This document shows positions 8,200 to 17,230 of a stretch of DNA of 25,436 nt, in pieces. Origin of the DNA: Candidatus Asgardarchaeum abyssi (lineage in GTDB: Archaea > Asgardarchaeota > Asgardarchaeia > Asgardarchaeales > Asgardarchaeaceae); contig JBECUL010000028.1 in the NCBI GenBank assembly GCA_040225955.1, positions 3,233-28,668 on the forward strand, in the 5' to 3' direction. A program made the translations under genes and the position numbers. Position 1 is the first letter of the stretch; each line of letters starts with the position of its first letter. The notes below the pieces were generated by a model. The model worked only from the letters and a program-made list of their open reading frames with translations, searched no databases and was not told the origin of the DNA.

Positions 8200-11199
8200 T
8201 TAAATGAATCTCCAGTGCTTTTTCAGCCAAATTTTATATGACTCCAGTAAGAGAATTGGAAACCAGCCGAGTACAAGAGCAATTATCCAATCAATCCATG
8301 TAAGTTGTATTACCTCTAAGTTAATTCCCATTGCTTGTATTAGGATCAATTGTGTTTCTGGTACATACATTAATATGAGATGTGCTAGAGGGACTAACAA
8401 GATTAAAGGCCATGTGATCCAGTAATTATCTTCCTTCAATATCTTGTGAATAGGTTTGTTAAGCCTTCTCAGTGAGACTACTAGGGTGCACTCCGCTACA
8501 AACGCAACGGTGTGTAACATTGTACGTGCCTTTGCTTGAGCCCAACTCACTGGATCATCTACACTAACTTGAAATCTTGGAACATAACCTGCTTTATTAA
8601 AGTCAAAAACTGGAATAATTCCATGATATGTTGCAAAATATGCAATAGACATTGAAAGTGCCAACGAGAGGGAGAATATCATCAATGCATTTCTTAGAGG
8701 AATATTGAAAATACCCTCCGTATTTCTCGGCTTTTCTTTCATAACATCTCTACTAAGTCTATCTATGATTAGTGCAAATGGAGGCAATGAGTGAGCTGTC
8801 ATAAATATATATATTTGCTGCCATGTATTCAACAAGTAGAATCCTGGGATGAGTGAAGATCCGAAATACACTAAAGCCTCAGCAAAGTTTACTGCAATAT
8901 AAAAGAAGATTATAGCACGTATCTTTTGGAAGAGCCCTCTTCCCTCACGAATACCTACTACAATAGAGGTAAACGAATCATCAGCTATGATCATGTCTGC
9001 TGCTTGTTTTGCCACGTCAGTTCCAGAAATGCCCATTGCTATACCTACATCAGCCATAGAGATTGCTAATGCGTCATTTACGCCATCTCCTGTCATAGCA
9101 ACAACTTGATCTCGCTTCTTATATCGTTCAATAATTATTTTCTTATGCTCTGGAGAAACTCTCGCGAAAACTGTAGTTCTCAGGAACTCATCATCGGTTA
9201 GGTATGGAATCTTGCGTCCTTCCACAGCTAAATCATTCTCACTAGCAATTCCTACTTGCATTGCAATGCTTTTTGCAGTTTCTACACTATCACCTGTTAT
9301 CATTATCGGCTTTATCCCTGCGCTTTTTGCCTCAAAAACAGAGTCTCGAACACCTTCTCTTGGAGGGTCGATTATTGCAACAAAACCTAAGTATATCATA
9401 TCGCTCTCGATAACTTCTCTCTCATTATCACCTTTTGGTGGTAGCGAATCCATATACTTAAATGAAAACGAGATCACTCTATAACCCTCTGAAGCAAAAA
9501 GTCTCGCTCTCTCCCTAATATGTTCCCTTTTATTTTCATCTAAAATTTCTATGTCAGCCACTTTGTCTTTTACAATGTAGTTACACTTGGGTAATAATAC
9601 CTCAGTAGCTCCTTTTGTAAATACGACATATCTACCGTTTTCTTTATCCAGAAAAACTTTTGTCATACGTTTTAATTTTGAGTCGAATGGATAATTGCGA
9701 ACCAGCTGAAATCTATTCTTATAAATTTCTGGATCAAGTTTTGACTTATAAAATAGAACTAAAATAGAAGCGTCTGTGGTGTCTCCAACCGCTTTATAAG
9801 CAATCTGCTCTCTTTTCTTATCTGGTCCCTTAACCTTTTCTTTAGTAATTGAACTATCGTTGTTAAGATAACCTGAAGCGAGAAGGTATTCAAGAGGCGT
9901 ATACTGCTCTATTCTTACTTCGCCATCCCCTAGGGTTTCAGGTTCTTTTGTTATAATTTCTCTTAGATTTGGGTTTCCATCTAACTTAACTGATAAAATT
10001 TTACCTGAGGGCTCAAATCCAACGCCTGTGACACCATACAAGGCTCCATCAGAAGATTGAAATCTTGGAATCCAGACCCACTTTACAGTCATTTCATTCT
10101 TTGTTATTGTTCCAGTCTTATCTGAGCAGACCACTGAAACTCTACCAAGGCTTTCAACAGAGTTCAAGTCTCTTATTATAACTTGATGTTTAGCCATAGC
10201 CAAAACGCCAGTTAGTAGTATAATTGTGGTTAGCAAAGGAATATTAATGGGCATGATACTCATGGCTGTGATTAAGCATCTGACTATCTCTTTTATTACC
10301 AGCTTTGTGTTAAAAATGCCATTTACGAAAATAAGATTGTTTGTATAAAGGAGAAACATATTATATGTAATTGCAATACTGAGATATATTACAACAGCGA
10401 GTCCAAGATATTTAGCAAGTCTATTAACTTTCTGACGTAATGGTATCTCACCAGTACTAAGTTCCTCCAAATCCTTTGAGATTTTTCCAATTTCAGTTTG
10501 TCTTCCTGTCTTTACTACTAGTGCTGTCGCCGAACCTGCTGTTACATAAGTTCCTAAGAAAACCATGTTCTTTCTGCGAGAAAGTGGAGTGTCTTTATCT
10601 AAGGGAACATCGTGTTCAAATTTCTCTACTTCTTCTGATTCTCCTGTAAGCGGAGCTTCATTCACTCTTAAGCTTGATGCGCTAATGATTCTTGCGTCTG
10701 CTGGAACCCTATCTCCTTGATCTAGTTTTATTATATCTCCTGGAACTATTTGCTCTGAGGGTATTTCTATTATCTTGCCCTCTCTAATCACTTTACTCTT
10801 GGGAGCGGAGAGTCGTTGAAGTGCTTCAAGCTTAGTTTGAGCTCTTGCTTGCTGAACAATAGCCAGGGCTGCATTGACTGCTATTACTGATAACCATTCA
10901 ATGACCTGCCCCCAAATCTCTGGTAAAATTAGAAATGCAAAAACTGCTAGGATAGTACTAATTATTAAATAGATATTTATAAGCCAGTTTAGAAGAGGGG
11001 CAATATATACCTTAAAAAGACTAGGTTTGATTTTCGGAATTACGTTCGGACCAAAAATAGCAAGACGTCTTTCTACTTCTTTTTGGTCTAACCCTCTTTC
11101 GATATCTGTTTTTAGCCGTTTTATAAGTTCTTCTAAAGGTAATGTATACGTTTCTACTTCACTCAATTCGAGTTCTTTTTCACCTTCCATGCTGTACAT
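8200..11199 (-). CDS. P-type ATPase with a P2A (Ca2+-ATPase)-like scaffold and atypical transport site
   Basis: LTGES, CSDKTGT, FDSKLKRM, KGATE, DPPR, MITGD, FARVSPEHK and TGDGVND motifs; about 10 TM; TM4 reads MPINIP instead of IPEGLP. Confidence 0.93.
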   Translation of the reverse strand: MYSMEGEKELELSEVETYTLPLEELIKRLKTDIERGLDQKEVERRLAIFGPNVIPKIKPSLFKVYIAPLLNWLINIYLIISTILAVFAFLILPEIWGQVIEWLSVIAVNAALAIVQQARAQTKLEALQRLSAPKSKVIREGKIIEIPSEQIVPGDIIKLDQGDRVPADARIISASSLRVNEAPLTGESEEVEKFEHDVPLDKDTPLSRRKNMVFLGTYVTAGSATALVVKTGRQTEIGKISKDLEELSTGEIPLRQKVNRLAKYLGLAVVIYLSIAITYNMFLLYTNNLIFVNGIFNTKLVIKEIVRCLITAMSIMPINIPLLTTIILLTGVLAMAKHQVIIRDLNSVESLGRVSVVCSDKTGTITKNEMTVKWVWIPRFQSSDGALYGVTGVGFEPSGKILSVKLDGNPNLREIITKEPETLGDGEVRIEQYTPLEYLLASGYLNNDSSITKEKVKGPDKKREQIAYKAVGDTTDASILVLFYKSKLDPEIYKNRFQLVRNYPFDSKLKRMTKVFLDKENGRYVVFTKGATEVLLPKCNYIVKDKVADIEILDENKREHIRERARLFASEGYRVISFSFKYMDSLPPKGDNEREVIESDMIYLGFVAIIDPPREGVRDSVFEAKSAGIKPIMITGDSVETAKSIAMQVGIASENDLAVEGRKIPYLTDDEFLRTTVFARVSPEHKKIIIERYKKRDQVVAMTGDGVNDALAISMADVGIAMGISGTDVAKQAADMIIADDSFTSIVVGIREGRGLFQKIRAIIFFYIAVNFAEALVYFGSSLIPGFYLLNTWQQIYIFMTAHSLPPFALIIDRLSRDVMKEKPRNTEGIFNIPLRNALMIFSLSLALSMSIAYFATYHGIIPVFDFNKAGYVPRFQVSVDDPVSWAQAKARTMLHTVAFVAECTLVVSLRRLNKPIHKILKEDNYWITWPLILLVPLAHLILMYVPETQLILIQAMGINLEVIQLTWIDWIIALVLGWFPILLLESYKIWLKKHWRFI

Positions 11200-11458
11200 A
11201 GCCTCCCTGTATACTCCTCAAAGTTCTACGTAATTTGTTTGTATTAACAATATACAGTATTGTAATTAGCCAAAATAAATATTTTTGATTCCTAATAATA
11301 TATATTTATTAAACTATTAGCCGCTTAAAATAGCGGAATAAACTCTACCAAATAAAAGAATCTTCAGTTTATTGTTTAAAACTAAATTCAAATAATGGTT
11401 TCGGTAGAGGAATTATGAAAAGGCGTTTTCTGACTTATTATAAAAAGAGAGGAAAGAG

Positions 11459-11881
11459 CTACCGATAATCATAAGTTGAATAACCAATGATTTCTTTCTC
11501 AACAGTTTTTATAATTCCCAAACTAATTTTTGCTGAAACATAAATTTTCCATTTACACCAAGCGTTGACACCGTAATATGAACTAGGAATGTTTTCAGGA
11601 ATCTTTATGGAGAGTGTGTATTTCTTTGTTTCTCCAGCCTTTAATTTAATATTTTCTGCAATGTGCTCAATATACTCATAAAGAACTAGAATTTTTGATG
11701 ATGTCCTGTAAAGTTCCTCATAGGGACATTTATAAGTCGCCCTGCTGAATTCTTCAACTCTAAAAGTGGCAGTTAAATCCTTAATAAATACATCTTCGCT
11801 AGCCGTAATAGATAGCAAGATATGTATAATCTCTTGTGTAAAATACTTTTCTTTATCAGTTTCTAGTAAAATATTCATCAT
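11459..11881 (-). CDS. Single-domain arrestin-N / SpoOM-like beta-sandwich protein
   Basis: N-terminal ILLETDKEKY..QE.I and LKAGETKKYTLSIKIPENIPSSYYG...KWKIYVSA resemble the arrestin-clan LxxGxxxYxFxFxLPxxLPxSFxG pattern. Confidence 0.65.
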   Translation of the reverse strand: MMNILLETDKEKYFTQEIIHILLSITASEDVFIKDLTATFRVEEFSRATYKCPYEELYRTSSKILVLYEYIEHIAENIKLKAGETKKYTLSIKIPENIPSSYYGVNAWCKWKIYVSAKISLGIIKTVEKEIIGYSTYDYR

Positions 11882-12114
11882 GCTTATCTCCTATTATAAG
11901 ATATTACATTACTTTTATCTTATTATTATTCATAAGTGTGTAAATAAATGATATGAATTTGAGTGATTATATGCAAATGCACTTTTTCTTTTATCATTCA
12001 AAATCTTCAAATTCCTTAGAACTGAGAAACTGGCAGCCGCATCTATCTATTTATTATATTATATAAACAAATAGAGAATTATATCACATGAATGGAGCTT
12101 TTGATTTGCTGAAA

Positions 12115-12879
12115 TCAAATTGTAAACAAGACTTGGATCGTTGATATCATAAGCATTCCAAAAAATAAGCTAATAATCGCGATATGTTCCTCTCCATGCT
12201 TTAGTGACAATGGAAGCAGCTCATCGAAACTTATGAATATCATTATACCAGCAACAAAAGCTAACGTTACACTGAGCAAGAAATCATTAACAAAAGGATA
12301 GAGGACCAAAAAGCCTATTATTGCACCTACTGGTTCTGCAATTCCTGAAAGAAACGACCAGAGAAAAGCTTTTTTTCTCTCTCCTGTTGCATAATATATT
12401 GGGAATGCTACTGATACTCCTTCTGGAATATTATGTAAGGCAATTGCAACCAAGAGTAATAAACCTAAATTTATATCTTTTAGCGCTCCAAAAAATGCGA
12501 CAAGTCCTTCTGGGAAATTATGAATAGCTATACCAAGGGCAACTAACAAGCTAGTTCTACCCAACTTTTCGTATTTCTCTTCAAAATCCTCAGGTGGATG
12601 TTCTTCTTTATACTCATGTGGAATAAAAAAATCCAAAACTGCTATTGCGAGAATGCCAATGAAGAAAGTAATATTTGCAAAAAGAAAACCAGTATCTATA
12701 ATCGCCGTAAATAGTAATTCCATGAATGAGATATATATCATAACACCCGCAGAAAAACCTATAAATATTGATAAATGCACTCGCTTTAAATTCTTTATAA
12801 AAAGGACAATTAAACTACCAGCTCCTGTCGAAATTCCAGCGATGAATGAAAAAATAAACGCGATTATATATGCTTCCAT
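12115..12879 (-). CDS. zupT: ZIP family zinc/divalent metal transporter ZupT
   Basis: GFSAGVMIYISF, HNFPEG, HNIPEG, SGIAEPVG and DELLP motifs; GGTGA RBS before ATG 12879. Confidence 0.93.
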   Translation of the reverse strand: MEAYIIAFIFSFIAGISTGAGSLIVLFIKNLKRVHLSIFIGFSAGVMIYISFMELLFTAIIDTGFLFANITFFIGILAIAVLDFFIPHEYKEEHPPEDFEEKYEKLGRTSLLVALGIAIHNFPEGLVAFFGALKDINLGLLLLVAIALHNIPEGVSVAFPIYYATGERKKAFLWSFLSGIAEPVGAIIGFLVLYPFVNDFLLSVTLAFVAGIMIFISFDELLPLSLKHGEEHIAIISLFFGMLMISTIQVLFTI

Positions 12880-12992
12880 AATAATCACCTATGCCTCATA
12901 AACCTCTATCTTAACTTCTTTAAGTTTTCTGAGGATTTAAGGAATGTGATACTTAATAAAAATTAGGAAAAATAAGTTTCCTCATAACACTT

Positions 12993-13156
12993 TTATTCTT
13001 CCAGAAGCTCAAACACATCCTTTCCTACACCACATATTGGGCATGCCCAATCTTCAGGTAGTTCCTCAAGAGGAGTACCCGGCTTAATTCCCGAATCGTG
13101 ATCTCCTGCCTTTGGTCATAGACATATCCACAAACTGTACATCTGTACTTTTTCAT
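12993..13156 (-). pseudogene. Rubredoxin with a single-base frameshift
   Basis: [14 protein letters not shown], one base missing near 13113-13116, then [39 protein letters not shown]. Two CxxC motifs; AAGGAG RBS; absent from the ORF track. Confidence 0.88.
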
Positions 13157-13336
13157 TTTTTCTCCTTATGTACAATTATCTCCAAAAGCTTTATTCAAGC
13201 CATATTATATTTTTTCCACTTATTCTTAGATTTTTAGTAGCAAATTCTAACCATTTTTGAAAAACTTAATGCGTCTCTTAAGAATTATTCACCTCATCGT
13301 TTTTTATATTTTTATTATTATCAATTTATTATCAAT

Positions 13337-13873
13337 TTAAGTTAAATCTCGCTGCTCAGCAATTCTTTTTACAAGATCATTAAATGTTTTTGCTACATTC
13401 TCTCCAGTTTTAGCACTTGTTTCTATAAAAGGAATATCGTATGTAGTAGCAAGATCTTTCCCCTCATCAAAGTTGACTGCTCTTTTTGATTCTAAATCCT
13501 TTTTATTGGCAACCAAAAATACTGGGACTTCACCACAGTTCTTATCTACTTCCCCCAGCCAGAATGGAACATTTTTAAAGGATTTTCGATTAGTTATGTC
13601 ATAGCATACTAATGCTCCAGATGCACCCTTATAATATAGACTTCTGAGATAGTTAAACTTCTCCTGCCCCCCTGTATCCCATATATCCAAAATTATAGTT
13701 TTATCCTTTTCTTCAATCACTTTCCTAAGAAGATTTATTCCGGGTGTTGATTCATAAGTCTCGCTAAAATAATCTTTAACGTATCTTACCGCTAAAGCAG
13801 TCTTTCCAACAGAGATATCTCCTACAATTATAACCTTGAAAATATGCATAGATTTTTTCTCGAAATCATCCAT
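13337..13873 (-). CDS. Rab-like small GTPase (Ras superfamily)
   Basis: G1 GDISVGKT, G2 YEST, G3 WDTGGQE, G4 NKKD, G5 ETSAK; Rab-like YYKGA and CYDIT; no C-terminal Cys prenylation motif; GGTGA RBS before ATG 13873. Confidence 0.93.
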   Translation of the reverse strand: MDDFEKKSMHIFKVIIVGDISVGKTALAVRYVKDYFSETYESTPGINLLRKVIEEKDKTIILDIWDTGGQEKFNYLRSLYYKGASGALVCYDITNRKSFKNVPFWLGEVDKNCGEVPVFLVANKKDLESKRAVNFDEGKDLATTYDIPFIETSAKTGENVAKTFNDLVKRIAEQRDLT

Positions 13874-14151
13874 TGAAATCACCAGACTTTTGGGTTATTA
13901 ATAGTGATCAAAATTGTGAACAGAGTATTAACATGATCATATATCTAAATTTTAGCTAGGTGTAACATTTCTATTATCCTCTATATAATATTTTACAACT
14001 TAAGTTTTTACTTTTACTCTTTTGAATAGACTCTTGAAATATTCTTAAATCAAATGTGTCAGTAAAGAGTAAGAGTATATGTAGAGATTTAATAAAAATA
14101 GAATATGAAAACGAGTTTCTATAAATAAATAGAAAATAAAAAGAGAGGATA

Positions 14152-15708
14152 TTAGTGTCGTTTTCGGAACATGATGATTACACCAATTGCTGCTAGAATT
14201 CCTGTTAATATTCCAGCATATAGGTATGGGTCCCCAACAAATAATCCTGTTAAGGGCTCTTCTCCAGTTGGTTCTCCTGTAGTAGCAACTGTAGTTATAG
14301 TAACTTGATATTCTTGAGACTCGGTTGTAACTCCGTAAATATCTTTAACTTCGATTGCGAATACCCATGTTCCTGTTTGCCAATCAGATGTATCAAGTGT
14401 GAGATAGTAATAGCCATCATCACTATTATAGCTAGCAAAGTAGGAGAATTTAGTACCATCAGGAGCGGTAAGTTCTATCTTTACACTATCAATTCCGTAG
14501 TCATCAGTTACTTTTATTTTTATTGTTAGTTGTTCTCCTATTGTTAGACTTTCTGGGTATATGACCTCTAAAATACTTGGAGGATTATTCCCTGGTACAT
14601 CAGTAGTTTCAGTAATGCCAATTGTTGGGTCATGAACTAAAGTTCCATTGAATGCAGGATAGCTTAAGTACAATCGTAAAGCCTCTCCATCGCAGATAAA
14701 GCTAGCGTTAACATCAACTAGCAAGGTTTCATCTGTTGTTTCGTTTATCACAAGTGCCTTGTTTACCCATTTAAAGTAGCCATGCGTTACATTTTGCATA
14801 TTTACAAATTCTATGATTTCTTCTCCTCCATATTCCATACGTTCTCTGAATTTGTGTTCAAGTTGAGTTAATGTTTGATTGCCTACGGATTCTGGATCGA
14901 TGATAATTGATTCGTTCTTCATCTCTAGTCTGAATCTGTGTTCTTCTTTATATTGATGTTCCTCACCTTCTTCAACTGCCTCATCCTCTATGAAGATTCC
15001 AACCGCCAAACTGTCTTCCATGCTTAAAAATGGCCATCCAGATACCTCGAAGTCTATTTTTAGAGACAATCCACCATCAACAGTATATGTAATGTTATCA
15101 AGTGTTTCATTTACTGTATTTTGATAAAGATGCAAGACAAACCTTACGCTGACATTTTCCCACCAAAGTGACTTCATATCAGGTTTACCGTCCCAGCTGT
15201 CGTTATAATACCCGCCATGATCATAGTCGCCAGCTTCAGACATCCAGCCAGTAGTATAGAGAACAACATCAATTACAGTTCCCTTTTCAGTATCATTATA
15301 TGGTCCTACAATATTATAACTCCAGTTTGCACTTTCTAGTGATAGTACACGATTCATGACGGTTTCATTATACTGAAATGCTCCGTCACCATTTGCATCA
15401 TAGAATTCAATTAGAAACTTATAATCTACTTTAAATTTTATAGTGCTACCGTTATCGTCTGGAGTATACCAAAATAGTATTTTTGGAACTATGTGTTCTT
15501 TGCAACCTGCTATTTTTATAGTTATGTAATCTGTTGATAAAATAATCTCAGATGATGTATTTGAAACAAGTTTTGGTGATCTATGCATAGAATCATGATG
15601 ATCTTCAGAATATATACTTGGCGATGCTAGGACTGAGCTTGAAGCTACGGTTGCACTAAATAGTATTAGTAAGATTATTACTCCTATGATTACTTTTGCA
15701 TTTTTCAT
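14152..15708 (-). CDS. Secreted, C-terminally membrane-anchored surface (glyco)protein with a probable Ig-like domain
   Basis: Signal peptide MKNAKVIIGVIILLILF; beta-rich acidic body with many NxS/T sequons; NNPPSI Ig-like module; Thr-rich linker; C-terminal TM followed by RKRH; GGTGA RBS before ATG 15708. Confidence 0.8.
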   Translation of the reverse strand: MKNAKVIIGVIILLILFSATVASSSVLASPSIYSEDHHDSMHRSPKLVSNTSSEIILSTDYITIKIAGCKEHIVPKILFWYTPDDNGSTIKFKVDYKFLIEFYDANGDGAFQYNETVMNRVLSLESANWSYNIVGPYNDTEKGTVIDVVLYTTGWMSEAGDYDHGGYYNDSWDGKPDMKSLWWENVSVRFVLHLYQNTVNETLDNITYTVDGGLSLKIDFEVSGWPFLSMEDSLAVGIFIEDEAVEEGEEHQYKEEHRFRLEMKNESIIIDPESVGNQTLTQLEHKFRERMEYGGEEIIEFVNMQNVTHGYFKWVNKALVINETTDETLLVDVNASFICDGEALRLYLSYPAFNGTLVHDPTIGITETTDVPGNNPPSILEVIYPESLTIGEQLTIKIKVTDDYGIDSVKIELTAPDGTKFSYFASYNSDDGYYYLTLDTSDWQTGTWVFAIEVKDIYGVTTESQEYQVTITTVATTGEPTGEEPLTGLFVGDPYLYAGILTGILAAIGVIIMFRKRH

Positions 15709-15790
15709 ATTTTTCACCAAGTTTACTTCCTCGGCGTTTTCTTTAAATGTTTTCAATAAATAGTTGTTCTTTTCTCGACTTTAGCTTTAT

Positions 15791-15860
15791 TTTCGGTCCA
15801 TTTCGTTTTATAACGTTTATAATGGTTTATTTTAGTTTTTTAGCCGTTATAGTTCGTCTT
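15791..15860. promoter_or_regulatory. Array of imperfect roughly 10-bp direct repeats, candidate operator
   Basis: tttcggtcca/tttcgtttta/taacgtttat/aatggtttat/tttagttttt/tagccgttat/agttcgtctt; core (C)GTTT recurs at spacings 10,10,10,10,11,10 between divergent genes. Confidence 0.45.
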
Positions 15861-15945
15861 TTTTAAAAGAGAAATCATTTTGAACCTAAAAGATAAATAT
15901 TAAATTCCTATAATGATATACAGTGCTTGGATTCATTAATACTGG

Positions 15946-16971
15946 GTGTCGCTTATGATTTTTCGTTCTCTTGTCTGCGTTTTTCTCATAATATCAGTGT
16001 TCTTCGCAGTATCTCTCAATTCTGAGATAGCGCAATCGCAAGGGACGCTATTTACTATCTTAGAGGATCATGTCTATATAATCTTAAATGAAACAAATCA
16101 CGCAATAGTTCTAGAAAATATCAAGCTTAATGTAACTGGTAGGTTAAATAGCATAGCTTTTAGGATATATGCCGAAAGTATTTCAAATTTAGCTGTTTTT
16201 GAAAATGATGTAGAGCAGAATTATACATTAATTGAAGGCGAAACTTATTGGAGCTTAATTATTCAATATCCAGAAGATTTGAAAGAGGGCATAATGAAGA
16301 ACTTAACCATAATTTACACAACCGATACATATACTTCAGTTACTGAGGATAATTTTGTTGTTTTTGATTACCCTTATTTTGCCTCAGCGGATATAGATTT
16401 GCTTCAAATAAGAATAAGGTTGCCTAGAAATAGTAGAATTTCCGATGAGAAGTTTTCTATATTTCCAAAGCCGTCAAAGAACTGGACTGATGGCACATAC
16501 TTCTATTTTGATTGGACTTTCTATTCGGTTGAGAGAGAAACAAGCTTTGTAATACATCTTAAATATTTCATAGAGGAATCCAGCCAGATGATAACGCCAC
16601 CAGAAACAGAAGGGGATACTTATCTGCGTAGTTTCTTACTTGGAATTCCAATAGGGCTTGGAGCAGTACTACTTACCTATCTTGGAGTTCAATTTCTTCT
16701 AAGAAGAACAGTAAAGCCAGAAGTTGAGTTTGATATTGGAGTTTTCCTTAGTGAGAACGAGAAAAAGGTCCTTAAAAGTATTTTAGATAGGAAAGGAAAG
16801 TGCTGGCAAAGTGAGATTGTTATGGATACAAAACTCAGCAAGACTGCAGTTTCGCTAGCGCTCGTTTCTTTAGAGAAAAAGGGATTGATAACGAGAGAGC
16901 GTATGGGAAGAGAAAATCTTGTAAAAACTACCGAAAAATTAAGCAAAATTGTAGAAATGATGGAAGGCTAA
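15946..16971 (+). CDS. Membrane-anchored winged-helix transcriptional regulator (COG2512-like)
   Basis: Signal peptide, beta-rich extracellular domain, one TM (FLLGIPIGLGAVLLTYLGVQFLL), C-terminal wHTH (LSENEKKVL...WQSEIV...LSKTAVSLALVSLEKKGLITRERMGREN). Alternative start ATG 15955. Confidence 0.85.
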   Translation: MSLMIFRSLVCVFLIISVFFAVSLNSEIAQSQGTLFTILEDHVYIILNETNHAIVLENIKLNVTGRLNSIAFRIYAESISNLAVFENDVEQNYTLIEGETYWSLIIQYPEDLKEGIMKNLTIIYTTDTYTSVTEDNFVVFDYPYFASADIDLLQIRIRLPRNSRISDEKFSIFPKPSKNWTDGTYFYFDWTFYSVERETSFVIHLKYFIEESSQMITPPETEGDTYLRSFLLGIPIGLGAVLLTYLGVQFLLRRTVKPEVEFDIGVFLSENEKKVLKSILDRKGKCWQSEIVMDTKLSKTAVSLALVSLEKKGLITRERMGRENLVKTTEKLSKIVEMMEG

Positions 16972-17230
16972 AGTTGTTATAATGTTTCTAACTTAAAGTT
17001 TCTTAGCTCTTATAAATATTGAGATTACTGTTTTGCCGAATTAGAAAATATTAAATATATTTGTTTTATTCAATATTCTGAAATTTAATAGTTTAAAAAA
17101 TCATAAAAAGAAGTATAAAAATCCAATATATATAGTATGTACACTGTTTTTTTAGATATAATTATTAAATATTACTTCTCGTAAAAATTTGATTACTTTG
17201 TTATTTTGGTTATAAGTAGTGGTGATGATC

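Noticed and set aside
11321-11409. Short inverted repeats (ccgct/agcgg; ctctacc/ggtagag) upstream of the ATPase
   Set aside because: Arms of 5-7 bp are expected by chance.
15781-15860. CRISPR array or replication-origin iterons
   Set aside because: Units are only about 10 bp with no spacers, and there is no cas or orc1/cdc6 gene nearby.
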